Source: an uncultured bacterium
Lineage (GTDB): Bacteria; Babelota; Babeliae; Babelales; Vermiphilaceae
Direction: 5' to 3'
NCBI GenBank assembly: GCA_963701085.1
Contig: OY969561.1
Coordinates: 800,001 to 864,000 of the forward strand
Length of the DNA stretch: 64,000 bases
Part shown: piece after piece, positions 41,777-51,615 of the stretch
Position numbering within the stretch: position 1 is the first letter of the stretch
How the letters are laid out: every line of letters starts with the position of its first letter
Translations under genes and position numbers: made by a program
The notes under the pieces: model-generated
Databases searched by the model: none
What the model saw: only the letters and a program-made list of their open reading frames with translations
What the model was told of the DNA's origin: nothing

Positions 41777-41963
41777 AAAAATTCTCTTTTGCTTTAAATA
41801 ACTAAACCTAGGATATTATTGTATTAAAAATAGACCCTTCTTACAAACACATAAGAAAAAAGACATTAAGCTTGATGCAGACGTTATTTTAAGATTGTAA
41901 AAATCAAAAAACAAGCACTTCAAAAATATAATATTTTAAAATCACAAGAAAAGAAGTGAACAA

Positions 41964-42003
41964 AAAAGTCCCTTCTTATGAATTACCATAAAAAGGGACT
42001 TAC
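41964..42003. terminator. Terminator-like hairpin
   Basis: AAAGTCCCTT..TTATG..CATAA..AAGGGACTTT. Confidence 0.65.
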
Positions 42004-42055
42004 TAAAAAACCTACCTCTTATAACGTTTTAATCTATTTCTCTATAATTTTGTTC

Positions 42056-42473
42056 TTATTTTTTTGTTTTTTTCTTTGAGGATGATTTAACAAACGCTCC
42101 CTTAGCAGGCTGATTTCCGGTAGGTGCCATATAAAGAAGACCACTGTCTTTTTCAGGATCAAAATAATTAGGACCATATTTTTTAAGTTTATAAATTTTT
42201 GATGCTTCTTTTACTTTCGCCTTAACAAATGGATCGTCTGTACTTTCTCCTCTATAATACTCATCTGTATATTTACTAATAATAAGCTGCTCTTTTCGAG
42301 ATTCTGAAAGAGGCTTATCCTTAATTCCTTTCACTGCTTTACGCAATTCAGCCGCTTGTTTATGAGATAAAGAAGTCATTTACCTCTTTTTCTTTTTCCT
42401 TCTCCATTGCTAGCCCCATGTTAACTGCAGATAGCATGCCAACAATCGTCATACCCAAAATGTACTTCTTCAT
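42056..42473 (-). pseudogene. Exported hypothetical protein with frameshift after the signal peptide
   Basis: AGGAG RBS; MKKYILGMTIVGMLSAVNMGLA|MEKEKEKEV then shift into ORF 42379-42056 (LSHKQAAELR, DDPFV). Confidence 0.6.
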
Positions 42474-42513
42474 AATCACTCCTCTTTTTAAAAAAATAGT
42501 TTAATTATTCCTT

Positions 42514-43467
42514 TTATTTACAAAAAGTCTCACGCCATTTGTCTAACGCATTTTCAATAGCATCAATAAAATAATTTGTATCTGCTATTGCTTTGCGAGG
42601 ATCAGCAGGCACTACACGCCCCATTTTTATTAATTCATGTAAATTAGTTTTTTCTTGTCCAACAGGGATAATATGTAAAATTGGTTTAACTGGATCAGCT
42701 GCGTTGTCATCAAAAAAGAAAGAAAGAACATGCTTATCAGATATATCAATTGGGAAAGGTTTACCGCCTTTTTCAATAAAATTAGATTCCTTCCACCAAT
42801 CATAATTGTCTTGAATGGCGTAGTTTATTCCAGGTTTGAATGTAGCAATCATATCTTGTGGATATTTTAGTACTTTATTATCAAGATAAAGAATGCCTTT
42901 TTTAAATGAACCAGGGGTAAATATGAGTCCATCTTGAGCAAGTTCTTCTGATACCCATGTAAGGTCTTGGCCAAACGTACGGAGAATAATTGAAAATGAG
43001 TATTGTTTTTTCCTCAGATAGCTAATAAGTTGCGAAAATGAAGTAAATACTTTTCTCGGTTCTCGCGTTTTAAGGGAGGTAACTAACGAGTTAAATTCAT
43101 TATTAATCTGTTTGAGCATAGGATGATGGTGTTCTTGGGCTGCTGCAATGAATTTAGCTTGGTAGCTTTCTCGATTTTTTTTGATGGCTGCATCTGATCC
43201 TGGGTATTGTTTGTTGAGCTGTGCATAATAGGTCATATTTTCGCCATCATTGTCCCATGTATAAGCATATTCAGGGGCATCAGATAGTATAGCAGCTATA
43301 CTCTCTTCAGGGTCTAATCCTTTGGACTTATCTTCAGCAATAATGGTTTTGTTGATATCCACGAATAGCATAAGATATGGAAGTTCACATTGAGTCGCTT
43401 CCATCGCATTAAGAGCACCTGTACCTAAGGCAAGTAGCAATACCAATCTTTTTGCTATATTTTTCAT
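42514..43467 (-). CDS. Exported HAD-like hydrolase
   Basis: Signal LNA|MEA; LFVDINKTI (motif I), ILRTFG, FFDDN (motif IV). Confidence 0.6.
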   Translation of the reverse strand: MKNIAKRLVLLLALGTGALNAMEATQCELPYLMLFVDINKTIIAEDKSKGLDPEESIAAILSDAPEYAYTWDNDGENMTYYAQLNKQYPGSDAAIKKNRESYQAKFIAAAQEHHHPMLKQINNEFNSLVTSLKTREPRKVFTSFSQLISYLRKKQYSFSIILRTFGQDLTWVSEELAQDGLIFTPGSFKKGILYLDNKVLKYPQDMIATFKPGINYAIQDNYDWWKESNFIEKGGKPFPIDISDKHVLSFFFDDNAADPVKPILHIIPVGQEKTNLHELIKMGRVVPADPRKAIADTNYFIDAIENALDKWRETFCK

Positions 43468-43720
43468 GTTTTCCTTTTTTATATAAAAAACTCATAATAT
43501 TTATTTCAATTATAACAATACCAGATGGCGGTGGCAGAAAACAATGGTTTTGTATATATTTTTTAATTTTATAATATTTTACAATAGAATTTTATAAACA
43601 AAAATAGCAAAACATACGAACCAATCAAGCTTTTCGTTAGCAATCCCTTTGCCTTCTGACGCACTATCCTCAACAAAAAAATACCCCGTAAAAAACAAAG
43701 GATTTATCGATAAAAATCGC

Positions 43721-43778
43721 TCCTACGCTGAAAAGCTTCCTCCTTCGCTAAAAGCTTCGAAGGACAAGACGGCTGACA
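43721..43778. repeat. Nested family C hairpins
   Basis: CCTACGCTGAAAAGCTT followed by CCTCCTTCGCTAAAAGCTTCGAAGGACAAG and ACGGCTGACA. Confidence 0.7.
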
Positions 43779-43854
43779 TACTGCGATTCTTATAGCCCGC
43801 GTCAGCATGAAAAAACAAAAAAAAACAGTTTTTTACAACTGTTTTTTTTACATT

Positions 43855-44097
43855 TTACCAAAATCTTTTCTTGGCAAAAGCACTTCCTGAACCAGATTTT
43901 AAATATTTCTCAAAAGCCGTTGCTTTTAATTTATCTTTAAATCCCATAAACAAAATAAGTTCCCAAGGCCTGTGTTGTCTTGTATGAATTGATCCGCCAG
44001 AATTATGAGTATCAAGTCGTTGGAATAAATTAACGGTATTGCCGATATAGGTAAATTCAGGAGAAGAGATAGATCTAATAAAATATACGTAATGCAT
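43855..44097 (-). CDS. Small standalone GIY-YIG nuclease
   Basis: YVYFIRS..YIG, RLDTHNSG, RPW, FEKYLKSGSG. Confidence 0.9.
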   Translation of the reverse strand: MHYVYFIRSISSPEFTYIGNTVNLFQRLDTHNSGGSIHTRQHRPWELILFMGFKDKLKATAFEKYLKSGSGSAFAKKRFW

Positions 44098-44122
44098 AAA
44101 AAATGATTTTTAAAGAGTCTTA

Positions 44123-44248
44123 GGCCTGCCTGTCCATCCTTCGCTAAAGCTATGGAGGACAACCTTCGCTTTTCGTATCAAAATTATTTTAATTTCAAAG
44201 CTTCATTTGCTGGCCGTGCCAACCGAAGCTCGTATGAGCGAAGGTTGG
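44123..44248. repeat. Family C hairpins between tRNA-Glu and the GIY-YIG gene
   Basis: GGCCTGCCTGTCCATCCTTCGCTAAAGCTATGGAGGACA and GCCAACCGAAGCTCGTATGAGCGAAGGTTGG. Confidence 0.7.
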
Positions 44249-44323
44249 CATCCCCAAGGGGATTTGAACCCCTGTTTTCGCCGTGAAAGGGCGGTGTCCT
44301 AGACCAGGCTAGACGATAGGGAC
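44246..44323 (-). tRNA. tRNA-Glu (TTC)
   Basis: Reverse complement GTCCCTATCGTCTAGCC..CTTTCAC..GGTTCAAATCCCCTTGGGGATGCCA folds as a cloverleaf with encoded CCA. Confidence 0.96.
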
Positions 44324-44370
44324 GTATATTTCAATAAAAAAATTTAAAATTAGATCCACCTTTTTTAGAT

Positions 44371-44450
44371 GGCCTGCCAGCCGTCCTTCGACCTGCGTTT
44401 ACTACTGAGCCTGACGAAGTATCAGGATGAGCGGCCTTGGCGGAGACTGG
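44371..44450. repeat. Family C hairpin interrupted by a family A unit, between the two tRNAs
   Basis: GGCCTGCCAGCCG[TCCTTCGAC..TCAGGATGAGCG]GCCTTGGCGGAGACTGG. Confidence 0.65.
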
Positions 44451-44523
44451 TGAGGTGCGTTGGACTCGAACCAACGACCCACAGCTTAAAAGGCTGTTGC
44501 TCTACCGACTGAGCTAGCACCCC
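44448..44523 (-). tRNA. tRNA-Lys (TTT)
   Basis: Reverse complement GGGGTGCTAGCTCAGTCGGTAGAGC..CTTTTAA..GGTTCGAGTCCAACGCACCTCACCA. Confidence 0.96.
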
Positions 44524-44562
44524 ACTAATTTTTCAATCCAATTTCAATTAATTCACTATTAG

Positions 44563-44591
44563 AAGGTATAATTATAAAGGTATTTTGTCAA
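44563..44591 (-). promoter_or_regulatory. Sigma-70 promoter of the tRNA pair
   Basis: TTGACA, 17 nt spacer, TACCTT on the minus strand. Confidence 0.55.
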
Positions 44592-44622
44592 GCAAAAATA
44601 ACATTTCAGTTAAAATAGATAT

Positions 44623-45978
44623 TTAGAAAAGCAAAATCTTAATACTAGTACAGTAAATTAGTATTCCAACAATATCCATAATCGTCGCTAAAAACGGCCC
44701 TGCAGAGAATGCGGGATCAATATTAAAACGCTTAAGAATAAATGGCATTGCACTACCAAGCGTAACAGAAAACAACACAATAACAGCAAGAGTAAAACTG
44801 ATCACAAGAGTTTCCCAAACCACACCATTTGTTGGATAAACACGAACAAATGCTGTTACACCAAGAATACATGATAAAAATGAAGCCATCATAAATTCTC
44901 GTCGCAAAAACTTTTTCATCGTGCTTTGATCAAATTCACCTGACGCCATTCCACAAATTGCAACAGCAGACGTTTGATTGCTTGTATTACCTCCTACACT
45001 CGTGAGCATAGGAACAAAAAAGAGTAACATTTCCGTCAACGTGGATTCATACATCCGCATAATAGTAGTGGAAACAGAACCAGCTAACAATAATATTACA
45101 AGAATAGAGCTGCGTTCATATAATGATTGGAAAAAGGGAGTTTCAAAATAAGGACGCGTAAGCGGAGTCATTGCTGCCATCTTCTGAACATCTTCTGCTG
45201 CTTCCTCAACTAAAACATCCACCAACGTATCACTAGAAATAACACCAAGGAAAATATCATCCGCCCCAATAACAGGAACCGTGGTGACACCATAATGCAC
45301 CATCTCTTTGGCGATTGTTTCACGGTCTTCATGTGCTTGTGCAACAAGTTCATTTTTATTCATAAAAGAAGAAATACGAATATTAGGCTTATTAAAAATT
45401 AAATCTTCTAAATAAACAAATCCAACAAGACGATGATCTTTGTTAACGACAAATATCTGTCGATGCACGTCTCTACTTGGTCGCAATCGCTGCATTAAAG
45501 AAATACTTTTTTCAACGGTAAAATCTTCCATTAAGGTAATAACATCGGTGTGCATTATACCCGCGGCTGATTCTGGCTCAAATTTCAGCATTTTCTTAAC
45601 TTTTTCATGAACACGCTTATTCAATGAACCAAGATACAATTTGAGCTCTTCATCTGAAAAAATATCAAACAGATCAGTAAGATCATCAGTTGAAAGAGTT
45701 TGAAAAGCTTCAACCTGCTCCTGATCATCGAGGAACGAAAGAATATACACTTTTAATTTATCTTGTAACTCATGAAACAAATCAAGCTGAAGTGAATTAG
45801 GAAGCGCCTTGTACAATAACTTGACGTTTTCCTGGCTCAAATTTTTAAATATGTAGGCAATGTCAACCGGATGCGTATTGAGCAGCTCATGCCACAATTT
45901 ACCACCTTCTGGACCTTTATGGGCAATTACATCCTCAATATTTTCCTGAATCCCGTAGAGCAAATCTTTTACATCCAT
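44623..45978 (-). CDS. mgtE: Magnesium transporter
   Basis: HPVDIA, CBS pair, GGNTSNQ, IDPAFSAGPFLATIMDI. Confidence 0.95.
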   Translation of the reverse strand: MDVKDLLYGIQENIEDVIAHKGPEGGKLWHELLNTHPVDIAYIFKNLSQENVKLLYKALPNSLQLDLFHELQDKLKVYILSFLDDQEQVEAFQTLSTDDLTDLFDIFSDEELKLYLGSLNKRVHEKVKKMLKFEPESAAGIMHTDVITLMEDFTVEKSISLMQRLRPSRDVHRQIFVVNKDHRLVGFVYLEDLIFNKPNIRISSFMNKNELVAQAHEDRETIAKEMVHYGVTTVPVIGADDIFLGVISSDTLVDVLVEEAAEDVQKMAAMTPLTRPYFETPFFQSLYERSSILVILLLAGSVSTTIMRMYESTLTEMLLFFVPMLTSVGGNTSNQTSAVAICGMASGEFDQSTMKKFLRREFMMASFLSCILGVTAFVRVYPTNGVVWETLVISFTLAVIVLFSVTLGSAMPFILKRFNIDPAFSAGPFLATIMDIVGILIYCTSIKILLF

Positions 45979-46075
45979 GGCTCTTCTCCTAACTCTTGCT
46001 ATGGGCTATTGCCAACCATATCATCACCAAACATTCTCAGTCTAGACGCTGTTTTAAACAGATGCAACCTCAATT

Positions 46076-46103
46076 GCCCGCCATCACTCAAGCTATGGCG
46101 AAC
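46076..46103. repeat. Degenerate family C unit
   Basis: GCCCGCCATCACTCAAGCTATGGCGAAC. Confidence 0.5.
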
Positions 46104-46215
46104 TCAATCGCCATTTGACTTTAAGACTATTATAGATAAAACTTAAAATAAAGATCTAATTTACTATTTTTTATCAATAGCAACAAAAAAAACTCAGGGT
46201 AATCGGAAATTAAAA

Positions 46216-47214
46216 ATGCAGAAACATGGCCACATCGCACCAGAAACTACATTTTCCTTTAGTGTACCAGACAATAGTGCTCCTTGTCGCATAGATCGTT
46301 ACATAACCCAATTATTTCCTGACTATTCCCGCACCTATTTCCAGCATATTATCGATGCAGGCGGCATAATCATCAATAATACCCCCGCAAAAAAATCAAG
46401 CGCTTTGGTCTATCCAACCAACATAATAACCATACAGTTCCCCGCACAACGAACCGTCAAAACAGAAAGCGTCATTGATAAAACGTTTAATGTATCAATT
46501 CTTGCAACCACTGAGCATTTTATGATTATTCACAAACCTGCTCATTTGTTGGTGCATGCTCCTTCCTCCACAAGCACTGCCATTACCTTAACTGATTGGA
46601 TACGTCACCATCATGGTGATATTATATCAGTGGGCCTCAGTGACCGTCCTGGCATCATCCACCGTCTTGATAAAGAAACCTCCGGTATCATGATTATTAC
46701 GCGCACCAATTATGCACATAATATTATTGGCGGGCTATTCAGAAATAGAAAAATAAGCAAAACATACAAAGCTATTGTGGCCGGACACCCAGAAAAAGAA
46801 GGTACCATTACCCTTGCAATTGGCCGTGATCCTATTAATCGCATAAAAATGGCAACATTTGATGAAAACAGTATTGATTCAGAGGGAAAAATAGGACAGG
46901 TCAAAGTGCGCAATGCCACAACACAGTATACAGTTTTGGAATATTTTAAAGACACATCCCTCATTGAAGTCAAACCAACAACCGGCCGAACTCATCAAAT
47001 TCGCGTTCATATGAAAGCCATTGGGCATCCCATAATTGGCGATCAACTTTATGGAAAAAAATCACCACTCATCGACCGACAAGCACTGCACGCAGAAAGT
47101 TTATCTTTTGTGTTTGAAGAAACTCCCTACTTATTTAGTAATGAAATTCCTGATGATTTTCAACAACTACTCAGTACCCTACATGATTCTTCAAGCGAAA
47201 CAAAATTAATATAA
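46216..47214 (+). CDS. rluD: RluA/RluD family pseudouridine synthase
   Basis: S4-like RID..SR, HRLDKETSG, TGRTHQIRVH, GDQLYG, QALHA. Confidence 0.9.
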   Translation: MQKHGHIAPETTFSFSVPDNSAPCRIDRYITQLFPDYSRTYFQHIIDAGGIIINNTPAKKSSALVYPTNIITIQFPAQRTVKTESVIDKTFNVSILATTEHFMIIHKPAHLLVHAPSSTSTAITLTDWIRHHHGDIISVGLSDRPGIIHRLDKETSGIMIITRTNYAHNIIGGLFRNRKISKTYKAIVAGHPEKEGTITLAIGRDPINRIKMATFDENSIDSEGKIGQVKVRNATTQYTVLEYFKDTSLIEVKPTTGRTHQIRVHMKAIGHPIIGDQLYGKKSPLIDRQALHAESLSFVFEETPYLFSNEIPDDFQQLLSTLHDSSSETKLI

Positions 47215-47359
47215 AAAATCATCACTTTTTACTCTTGCATTTTTTTTTAATCCGCAGTAGCATTGAAACGAGCTAAGAAGGAATTGTAGTAATGAAGCCC
47301 CTTCTTACATCATTTCAAAAAAAATTTTATTAACTTTGTATTCATACAAAGTTTCTTTT

Positions 47360-48115
47360 TTATGCTACAATTTGTGGCATACATCTAATGCAATATTTCT
47401 TAAGTCGTTCAAATTCTGCACGATGTTCATCAATAGTTTGTTTATCTCTTAAAATATTTATATTCTCAATATTAGTTTGCTGGCCGGCTTTGGTTAAATT
47501 TGCCGAACCTGTCACTACAAAATCATCTCCGAGAATAATTTTATGATGCATAAACGGTTCCGATAATCCATTCTTTTTATACTTTGGATTCAATGCAGGC
47601 TTATAACACCACACGGCAATATTATTATCCACCAATGCTTGTACCTTACTATGCATATGCTTCATATTACTCGCGTCAGTAATAACACATACCTCCACAC
47701 CATTTTTATGGGCATCTATCAAATAATTAACAATGCGAAAATCCGTCAAATTAAAAGCCGCAACATACAAACATTTTTTTGCATCAGTCATTATTTCCAA
47801 TAAAACAGGAGATAAATCATGAATGGTCGTAAAAAATGATTGTGAAATGCGGTCTCTATCAATAACAGCTGCACCATCAAGCAAAATTTTGTGTTGTTTT
47901 TTATGAGGAATAGATTGATGTTTTTTCTGTTGATTGCCTAAATTAGGTTTTCCGTCATATCCCATAATAAAGTGAGTTGTACCAAAAGTACGCGGTGGTG
48001 TATTATTAAAACAAAGCTGCATATTCTTTGGCACATTTTTCCGTACTGCGTGAGTGAGATGAATACCAGACATATTAAAAACCAAACAGATCAGTACGCA
48101 CTGTAATCGCCTCAT
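47360..48115 (-). CDS. Exported single-HKD phospholipase D/nuclease family protein
   Basis: MHHKIILGDD, TGSANLT, NIEN; N-terminal signal. Confidence 0.85.
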   Translation of the reverse strand: MRRLQCVLICLVFNMSGIHLTHAVRKNVPKNMQLCFNNTPPRTFGTTHFIMGYDGKPNLGNQQKKHQSIPHKKQHKILLDGAAVIDRDRISQSFFTTIHDLSPVLLEIMTDAKKCLYVAAFNLTDFRIVNYLIDAHKNGVEVCVITDASNMKHMHSKVQALVDNNIAVWCYKPALNPKYKKNGLSEPFMHHKIILGDDFVVTGSANLTKAGQQTNIENINILRDKQTIDEHRAEFERLKKYCIRCMPQIVA

Positions 48116-48145
48116 ATCGTTCCTTTTTTTATGGCGATAATAGCA

Positions 48146-48721
48146 TTATTTACGCGGATGAGCACCAAGAATAATACGTTCACGCAGCTGACGCATCTCT
48201 TCTTTTTTTACCTGTCGCTGTAATTTTCTTTGTATTTTTAAATTTTGCAGAGAATCAGAATTCTCATTTTTGATAGTACGCATCATACCACGACAATCGA
48301 TCCCATCACTTAATTCACATAGTATTCTTGATAAATAAAAAAACTGCTTTACTCCATCAGCAGTGGTATCTTTACTGTCAAAAACTTTATCAACTTCATC
48401 GCGTATTTTAGTCTGTAAATACGATTGCAAATGTTCTGAAATTACCGCTTTAGCATTACAATCAAAATCAAGAACAATGCAAATATCAGTCATGAGATGC
48501 TGTATTTCTTTAATTTCTTTACCGGTAAGCCATTCAGGGGTTATTATATCTTCATTGGCCGCTATCGATTCTCGTGATTTAGTGAATATATCTTCAATAA
48601 CATTACGACAATCATTTTCTACATCTGCCACGCAAACTCTATGCGGTTCTAATAATTCATCTGCACAAATCATTGTCGGCAAACAAAAAAACAGAAAAAT
48701 TAATACTTTTCTACTCTTCAT
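48146..48721 (-). CDS. Exported hypothetical protein
   Basis: GGAG RBS; signal peptide. Confidence 0.6.
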   Translation of the reverse strand: MKSRKVLIFLFFCLPTMICADELLEPHRVCVADVENDCRNVIEDIFTKSRESIAANEDIITPEWLTGKEIKEIQHLMTDICIVLDFDCNAKAVISEHLQSYLQTKIRDEVDKVFDSKDTTADGVKQFFYLSRILCELSDGIDCRGMMRTIKNENSDSLQNLKIQRKLQRQVKKEEMRQLRERIILGAHPRK

Positions 48722-48821
48722 ACTCTTCTCCCTTTTTTATACAATACTTATTTCATACATAGCAGGATAATAATGCACCAATACAAAGATTTTTTGCAAG
48801 TATGCACCAAAAAAAATCATC

Positions 48822-51533
48822 TTAAAACTTCCAGCGCATTTCAACCTCGCCACCCAAATCGCGCCGCTCATCACGATAAGCTCGTAGAGTTATATCATCA
48901 GAAAGAAGGAATTCAAGCTCAAATTTGGTATCTTCAGTCAAACTAAAGTTTTTTTGAATCACCGCACGCCAACGATCATCGATGCTGATTTCCAACGCAC
49001 CACGCAATCCACCTCTGCCGGTTTGATCAGTAAAGCTTGGCACCAAATTAATATTAAATGATCCAAGTAATGGCTTAAAATATTTATCAAAAAATGAAGA
49101 CTGATTATTACTAAAAATAAGACTCTTTAAATTTTGCACGATAAGTGCTGGCATCATACTATTCAAAGACTGTTCTTCAGCCCCAACAAGCAAAAGTCCC
49201 ACAATCTGTTCTTCAGAAAGTGGTGGTGTTGCATCAAGTGCAATATTATGTGTTAATAAAGAACCGTCTACCTGCAATGAAACATCATATTTTTTAATTT
49301 TATTACGCGCAACAAGCTCAATAGCAGGATTAAACAACTGCTCAGGAGAAAAAGTTATAACTCCTTTAGAAATATAGAGTGGCTTATACGGAAAATTAAG
49401 CGTTCCTGACTGCAACACAATTGAACCTGCCACCGTTGGATCATGCACATCTTTTTGTATGCGCACATTCACATGCGCGTTGGTTTGTAAAAATCCAGTA
49501 TCAACAACAATAGGTGATTTTGTTTCTATAGCCAGATCACATTTAAGCGCTACGTCAGATAGTGAAAATGCTGAATGAGCATACGACAAAAGTTGTTTCT
49601 GAATAATGCCCGAAAAAAGATTTTCTTTTAATTGTGCTTTATCAATAATAATATGACCATCAACACGTCCATCTGATGATAATGGCTTTGAAAACAAAAG
49701 ATTACCAGAAACAATCGCAAATAAATCTTTTTTAATATTAATCAAACAGCTCTCTAAAATTAATGGCGCATGAGCAAAAACAAGATGTCCATTATGATCA
49801 AAATGAGTAATTGCACGCAAACAGTTAATATTACCTGCATGCAATGAAAGATTAACATTCTCACATATCACAGACTTATGTGCTACGTTATAAACACAAT
49901 GAGCATTGAACCCATCAATAAAATTATATGTCTGTGGCAATCTAATGGTTGCCTCATTAAGTCTAATATCTGCAATAACTTCTGAAGATGAAACTGTTGC
50001 AACAACATCCAAACTCCCCTCTCCCTGCACATCATACTTCATTATAGTATTGATTACTGAACGAATAAATGGAAAAGCTATTGATCCGGTAATCTGTTTT
50101 TTATCATCAGTTGCTTGCAAAGTAATAAGCGGCTTATTTTCTTTATCTTTATAAAAAAAATGATCTAATACACTATGTGGATATAGTTCTACCTCCCCTG
50201 AAAATTGATTATCATCAATAAGACCATGTGCCGTTGCTATTCCTTGAATATAAGAAAAGAGACTACTATGTTTATGTGTTGCATCACGTAACGTATTCGT
50301 CGCAACAACCTCATACGAGCCCTTTATTGTATCATTATCAACTATGACATGTGCACCAAAACTCTGAGGTTTTATACGCCAATAGGGAAAAATTTTTGAA
50401 CTGATATCGGTAATATTTTTGACAACAAGCTCTCCTTTTTGAGTAGATTGGCTCCAATATCCCGTTCCTTTACACTCTTGATTATAACGACTTATACCAA
50501 GCCGCACCTTCCAGTCATCATCATGTCGCGCAAAAATAATTTTTCCTGCATCGCACACATGATGGTTATTTACCGTAACATCTTCAAGAACCAATTGTCC
50601 GTCAACAGTTTGTGGCTCATCTCTATTTATTTTTATTGAGCAATGTCCTATGCCATTAATCATCTGATCAACAGTAGAATCTGTAATACACTGAACTGCA
50701 TATGATAATGGAAACCGTGCATTTACCCGCAACTCACGCTCAGTGATAATAATAGGATCTATCATTAAGACATTGTATGCATTACGCACTGAAAATCTTC
50801 CCCTATCACTTTTCCATCCACCCGTAATATAGCATCCCCCCTGATTACCCATATGCGATAACACAAAAGTTCCCGCCACTTGTACACCTACATCGTAGCG
50901 ATCAGTCAAACCACTATATGCCGTCGTAATAAAAATATCCGTAGCAATATTTTCAACATAATTACTTTTTTTATACATTACATGACCATCAATAAGAGAC
51001 ATAGTCGTTTTGATTTGATGACCCATTTTTACCGATGAGCTGTTAAAAGACACCGCAACTTCACTTTTATAATTTTCATCATTCCCATAAAAATGGGCAT
51101 TTTTGAATATCATTGATTTTAATTCAACCGCAAATGGCAAAAATGATTTTTGTAACATTGCCATAACATGTGGTTCAATAGCAAGCCGCGACTCTGCACT
51201 GCGTGATCGGCATTCAAAACCATCTATAACAACGTACTGATCCATCACTCCCTTCAACAGAAGCTGGATCCATGAACAATGCACTTCACATTTTTTACAT
51301 CGCCACGACCATGCGTCAGGCTCAAGCGATTTCATTTCTACATCATGCAGCACCAGTGATGGTGAAAAAAAGCTCACAGAGTGCACGGTACATAAAAAAT
51401 TGCCGCCCAACGATTCATGGGCAATTTTTTGCAACAGAGACACAATTTTTTTATGTGTCCATGGATCATACTGTGCATAAAAAATGGTGCCGAAAATACC
51501 AAGCACCAACGCAAAACTTATTTTTTTTAACAT
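48822..51533 (-). CDS. tamB: TamB/AsmA-like translocation and assembly module protein
   Basis: N-terminal anchor, beta-rich body, C-terminal PPLSEEQIVGLLL and terminal RWKF. Confidence 0.8.
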   Translation of the reverse strand: MLKKISFALVLGIFGTIFYAQYDPWTHKKIVSLLQKIAHESLGGNFLCTVHSVSFFSPSLVLHDVEMKSLEPDAWSWRCKKCEVHCSWIQLLLKGVMDQYVVIDGFECRSRSAESRLAIEPHVMAMLQKSFLPFAVELKSMIFKNAHFYGNDENYKSEVAVSFNSSSVKMGHQIKTTMSLIDGHVMYKKSNYVENIATDIFITTAYSGLTDRYDVGVQVAGTFVLSHMGNQGGCYITGGWKSDRGRFSVRNAYNVLMIDPIIITERELRVNARFPLSYAVQCITDSTVDQMINGIGHCSIKINRDEPQTVDGQLVLEDVTVNNHHVCDAGKIIFARHDDDWKVRLGISRYNQECKGTGYWSQSTQKGELVVKNITDISSKIFPYWRIKPQSFGAHVIVDNDTIKGSYEVVATNTLRDATHKHSSLFSYIQGIATAHGLIDDNQFSGEVELYPHSVLDHFFYKDKENKPLITLQATDDKKQITGSIAFPFIRSVINTIMKYDVQGEGSLDVVATVSSSEVIADIRLNEATIRLPQTYNFIDGFNAHCVYNVAHKSVICENVNLSLHAGNINCLRAITHFDHNGHLVFAHAPLILESCLINIKKDLFAIVSGNLLFSKPLSSDGRVDGHIIIDKAQLKENLFSGIIQKQLLSYAHSAFSLSDVALKCDLAIETKSPIVVDTGFLQTNAHVNVRIQKDVHDPTVAGSIVLQSGTLNFPYKPLYISKGVITFSPEQLFNPAIELVARNKIKKYDVSLQVDGSLLTHNIALDATPPLSEEQIVGLLLVGAEEQSLNSMMPALIVQNLKSLIFSNNQSSFFDKYFKPLLGSFNINLVPSFTDQTGRGGLRGALEISIDDRWRAVIQKNFSLTEDTKFELEFLLSDDITLRAYRDERRDLGGEVEMRWKF

Positions 51534-51577
51534 GTATGATAATTAAAGACTACACGTCACGCAAGTCCATTTTTCAT

Positions 51578-51604
51578 TGCGCTCATCCTGAACTTGTTGA
51601 AGGA
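51578..51604. repeat. Single family A unit
   Basis: TGCGCTCATCCTGAACTTGTTGAAGGA. Confidence 0.7.
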
Positions 51605-51615
51605 TTAAGCGCACA

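Noticed and set aside
12841-42385. Shared AAATGAC at two post-signal frameshifts as a programmed shift site
   Set aside because: The two cases need opposite shifts (-1 and +1) and the heptamer is common in AT-rich DNA
43500-44250. Prophage or integrative island at tRNA-Glu
   Set aside because: No integrase, phage genes or duplicated tRNA 3' end (att site) found in the window
45871-46146. ORF containing CPPSLKLWRT
   Set aside because: Overlaps mgtE antisense; the motif is just the translated family C repeat
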